Under the pieces are notes generated by a model, which did not search any database, was not told the origin of the DNA, and worked only from the letters and a program-made list of their open reading frames with translations. A stretch of DNA of 64,000 bases from Lama guanicoe (lineage: Eukaryota), in contig MU056898.1 of assembly GCA_013239625.1 (NCBI GenBank), forward strand, positions 1,083,717 through 1,147,716, given 5' to 3'. This document shows, piece after piece, positions 61,290-64,000 of this stretch. The stretch's first letter is position 1. Each line of letters begins with the position of its first letter. The position numbers and the translations under genes were made by a program.

Positions 61290-63020
61290 CTGTTTTCTAA
61301 TATTTCCTTTTCTCAACTTCTCAGCGGGGTGGCCTGTGTGGGTGAAGCGCTCTGACCCAGAGTGCAGCTTGGTGAGTCATCATCACGTCAGTAAACCCCC
61401 CAGGTTGAGAGCGGAGCCGTGGCCCGCACCCCGAAAGCCCCGGCGCCCCTCCCCCGACCGCCCCCGGTCCTGACCCCACGCGGCAGTCTCACCAGGCTTC
61501 GGATTGTGTGAGCGCAGTCGCACAGTGTGACCTCCCGTGTTTGGATTCTGCTGCGCACAGCTGTGTTGGGGCTGCGGGCCTGTCATTTTGCGTCCCGAGT
61601 GCACCGTTGTGCGTCCTTTTGTCCATCAGTGGGCTTCTCTGTCTCTCAGCGCTTGTGAGTAATGCTGCCATGAGGGTTCTTTTTTTTTTTTTTAACTGAA
61701 GTACCATCAGTTACAATGTGTCAATCTCTGGGGCACAGCACAATGTCCCAGTCATTCATATACGTCCATAATTCATTTTCATATTCTTTTTCATCATAGG
61801 TTATTACAAGATATTGAACATACAGTGAAAACTTTTAAAAAATCTGTTTTTGTATATAGTGGCTAACATTTGTAAATCTCAAACTCCCAAGTTTATCCTG
61901 TCCCAGCCCCTTTCCCTGGTAACCATAAGATTGTTTACTCTGTCTGCGAGTCTTTTTCTGTTTTATAGATGAATTCGTTAGTGTCCTTTTCCTTTTTCTT
62001 TTTTTTTTTTTTAGATTCCACGTATGAGTGATATCATACGGTATTTTTCTTTCTGTTTCTGGCTTACTTCACTTAGAATGACAACCTCTAGGTCCATCCA
62101 TGGTGCTGCAAATGGCATTATTTTATTCTTTTTTATGGCTGAGTAATATTCCATTGTATAAATATACTGCAGCTTCTTTATCAGTCGTCTGTCGATGGAC
62201 ATTTGGGTTGTTTCCATATCTTGACTACTGTAAATAGTGCTGCTGTGAACACTGGGGAGCGTTTATCTTTTTGAATTAGAGTTCCCTCTGGATATATGCC
62301 CAGGAGTGGAACTGCTGGGTCATAGGTTAAGTCTATTTTTAGTTTTTTGAGGACTCCACACACTGTTTTCCACAAGGCACCGAACTGCATTCCCCCCAGC
62401 AGTGTGGGAGGCTCCCTTTTCTCCACGCCCTGCGGGAACGTTCTTGAGCGCGCCTTCTGGACACGTGCACACACATGAGTCCTGTCTGCACGTCCCTGGG
62501 AGGCCCCTGTGCCACCGCACTTCACTCACCTGCATAGCTGGTGGCAGTTTACCAGGGTGGCCGTGACCGTTTACACGCCTGCTGGGGAGGCACGGGCACC
62601 CTGCCGCTTCAGAGCCTTGCTCACACTTGGCACCGTCTCCGTAACCTGAGGTGTCCCTGCCGGGGAGGGAGGGCCATGCCTCCTGTGTTTGTGGTGCCCA
62701 GGGCACTGATGAGGTCACACACCTCTCCGCGTGTTTGGCGGCCTTGTGGAGGTCCACTCTGCTGGAGCCCCTTTCAAGCCCACTGCCCATTTCTCTTCCT
62801 CCTGCCCTTTTTCTTCCTGACTTGCAGAAATTCTTCATATATTGTGGATCCTAGCTTTTTGTCAAGTGTTTGTCTTACAAATATCTTCTCTCTGCTTTTC
62901 ACTCTCTTCAGTGCAACAGAGTTTTTGATCTTAGTGGGCTCTGATCTACCCGCGTGAAAGTTCCTTTATGGTTGCTATTTCCTGTGTCCTGTTTAGGAGA
63001 CCTTTGCTTGCCCCGAGGCG
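61290..63020 (-). mobile_element. Ancient L1ME-like element, antisense, split by the younger L1 at 61680-62432
   Basis: 3' end gtaaaccccccaggttgagagcggagccgtggcccgcaccccgaaagcccc. Interrupted at gtaatgctgccatgag...| and resumes at gttcttgagcgcgccttctgg. Later ttgcagaaattcttcatatattgtggatcctagc. Confidence 0.7.
61680..62432 (-). mobile_element. Younger 5'-truncated L1 (ORF2 C-terminus, 3' UTR, poly(A)); inactive; camelid-type 3' UTR
   Basis: T14 tail at 61680-61693. Translations VEKREPP...YDPAVPLLGIYP...WKQPKCPSTDD and IKKLQYIYTMEYYSAIKKNKIMPFAAPWMDLEVVILSEVSQ are clear ORF2 C-terminus, joined by a frameshift near 62182. The 3' UTR (cagttacaatgtgtcaat...cacaatgtcccagtc...gtggctaacatttgtaaatctcaaactccc) resembles camelid L1 as I recall it. 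Confidence 0.95.
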
Positions 63021-64000
63021 CTGGTGCGTCTGGCCGGCCTGGGGCTGCAGGGTTTGGCCGCTGCCTGGTTATTGGGCAGCTGTGCCCGGTCTCCCTGGGG
63101 GGCGCGCGAGGAGTGACTTTGTACCTCTGCGCCCGGAAGACTGTGGCCTGGACTTGACCTGGGTTCTTCCCAAGCTCTGTGACTGCCTCTTCCTCCCACT
63201 TGGCAGCCACCTAGGCACTCCACGGCCGTACCATACAGAGAAGAAAGCACGGCTTTTTCATCTCTGCCATCCTCAGAAGACCCCATCCCCCGGGTACTGA
63301 CCTGGGCCCCACTTAGAAGCCTGCAGGGTTCTGAGCCGGTCAGGGAGTTGGGGCAGTAAGACTGGCGGTAGAGGGGGTCTTGATCTGTCTGTCCTGGCTC
63401 CTCCTGGGCCGACCCAGAGGTGCTGCAGGGCTGCACTCTGATCTGCCCACTCCGGGGGTGGCCCCACCCTTGTCCCCGAGTTGGGCACGAGGGTGAACCC
63501 TGGTTGGACTCCAGGTGCCCACTGCAGAGCGAGGGGCGCCCCGGTTGCTGGTCCACCCTTCCAGGCCTGCTCCTCCCCTGGGCGGGACCTCTGTGTTCAG
63601 GATAGAGCTGCACTTTCTTCACCTGGTCCTGGAGGCCTGGGTGCACGTAGGCCAGTAAAATTACCCCAAGCACTTCGTCTTTCAGGGTCAGTTTGGGGCT
63701 GTCAGGGCCAGCCTGTCCGTCTCAGCCTGGAGCTCTGAGGCTGGGGCTGGTGGGAGTGGAGCGGGTCACGGCCCTGAGTGGCCAGCTAGGGGTCGGGGCA
63801 GCCTCCATCCCTGCATCCCGCCACGTCCTCAGCTCACTTCTGCCCGCGGGACGCTGCTGCCATGCTCTTTGGTTGCTGTTCGCATCACGCGATTGGCAGC
63901 AGACAGAACTGCTCTGTACCCGGCCAGCAGCACCCAGTGGAAAATGCCGCCTTGCTTGTTTCTGGAGCGGGTCAGCCGGGCGCCTCTGCTCAGGGACTCA

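Larger units (their letters stand above)
38045..64000 (+). other. MAD1L1: MAD1L1 intron downstream of the exon (3' end lies outside the window)
   Basis: Begins with GTACGG. I found no match to the next MAD1 exon (recalled as ERDGMRAILGSYDSELT...) in the window. Confidence 0.85.

Noticed and set aside
62011-62525. L1 ORF2-like ORFs as a functional gene
   Set aside because: 5'-truncated and frameshifted retrotransposon remnant.
1-64000. CpG-island promoters, CTCF-like motifs (e.g. about 41020, 46425, 59400) and AP-1 sites
   Set aside because: The whole window is GC/CpG-rich, so such matches are expected by chance. None stands out without chromatin data.
1-64000. tRNA, rRNA, snoRNA or miRNA genes, CRISPR arrays, prokaryotic or viral systems
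   Set aside because: None recognisable by eye, and the sequence is a mammalian intron. An Infernal/Rfam scan would be needed to exclude small intronic RNAs.

Overview
Mammalian genomic DNA, GC- and CpG-rich, from a scaffold-level assembly with two N gaps (4654-4789 and 56220-56738). The only protein-coding feature I can support is one 145-bp internal exon on the + strand (37900-38044). It encodes [48 protein letters not shown], which I recognise as part of the coiled coil of MAD1 (MAD1L1, spindle assembly checkpoint; probably the exon numbered 12 in human). The rest is two very long MAD1L1 introns (>37.8 kb upstream, >25.9 kb downstream). They hold decayed L1M, L2 and MIR fragments, one younger 5'-truncated L1 whose 3' UTR looks camelid, short tandem repeats and several AT-rich motif-dense islands. 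The hundreds of ORF-track entries are almost all GC-content artefacts. I do not see a convincing novel biological system. The best leads are: strong AT-to-GC erosion of old L1 copies compared with a young L1 (probable GC-biased gene conversion); candidate poison/cryptic exons and a recursive-splice-like site; a G-quadruplex motif abutting the real exon's branch point; and candidate intronic enhancers. Repeat subfamily names and repeat boundaries come from recalled consensus sequences and are approximate.
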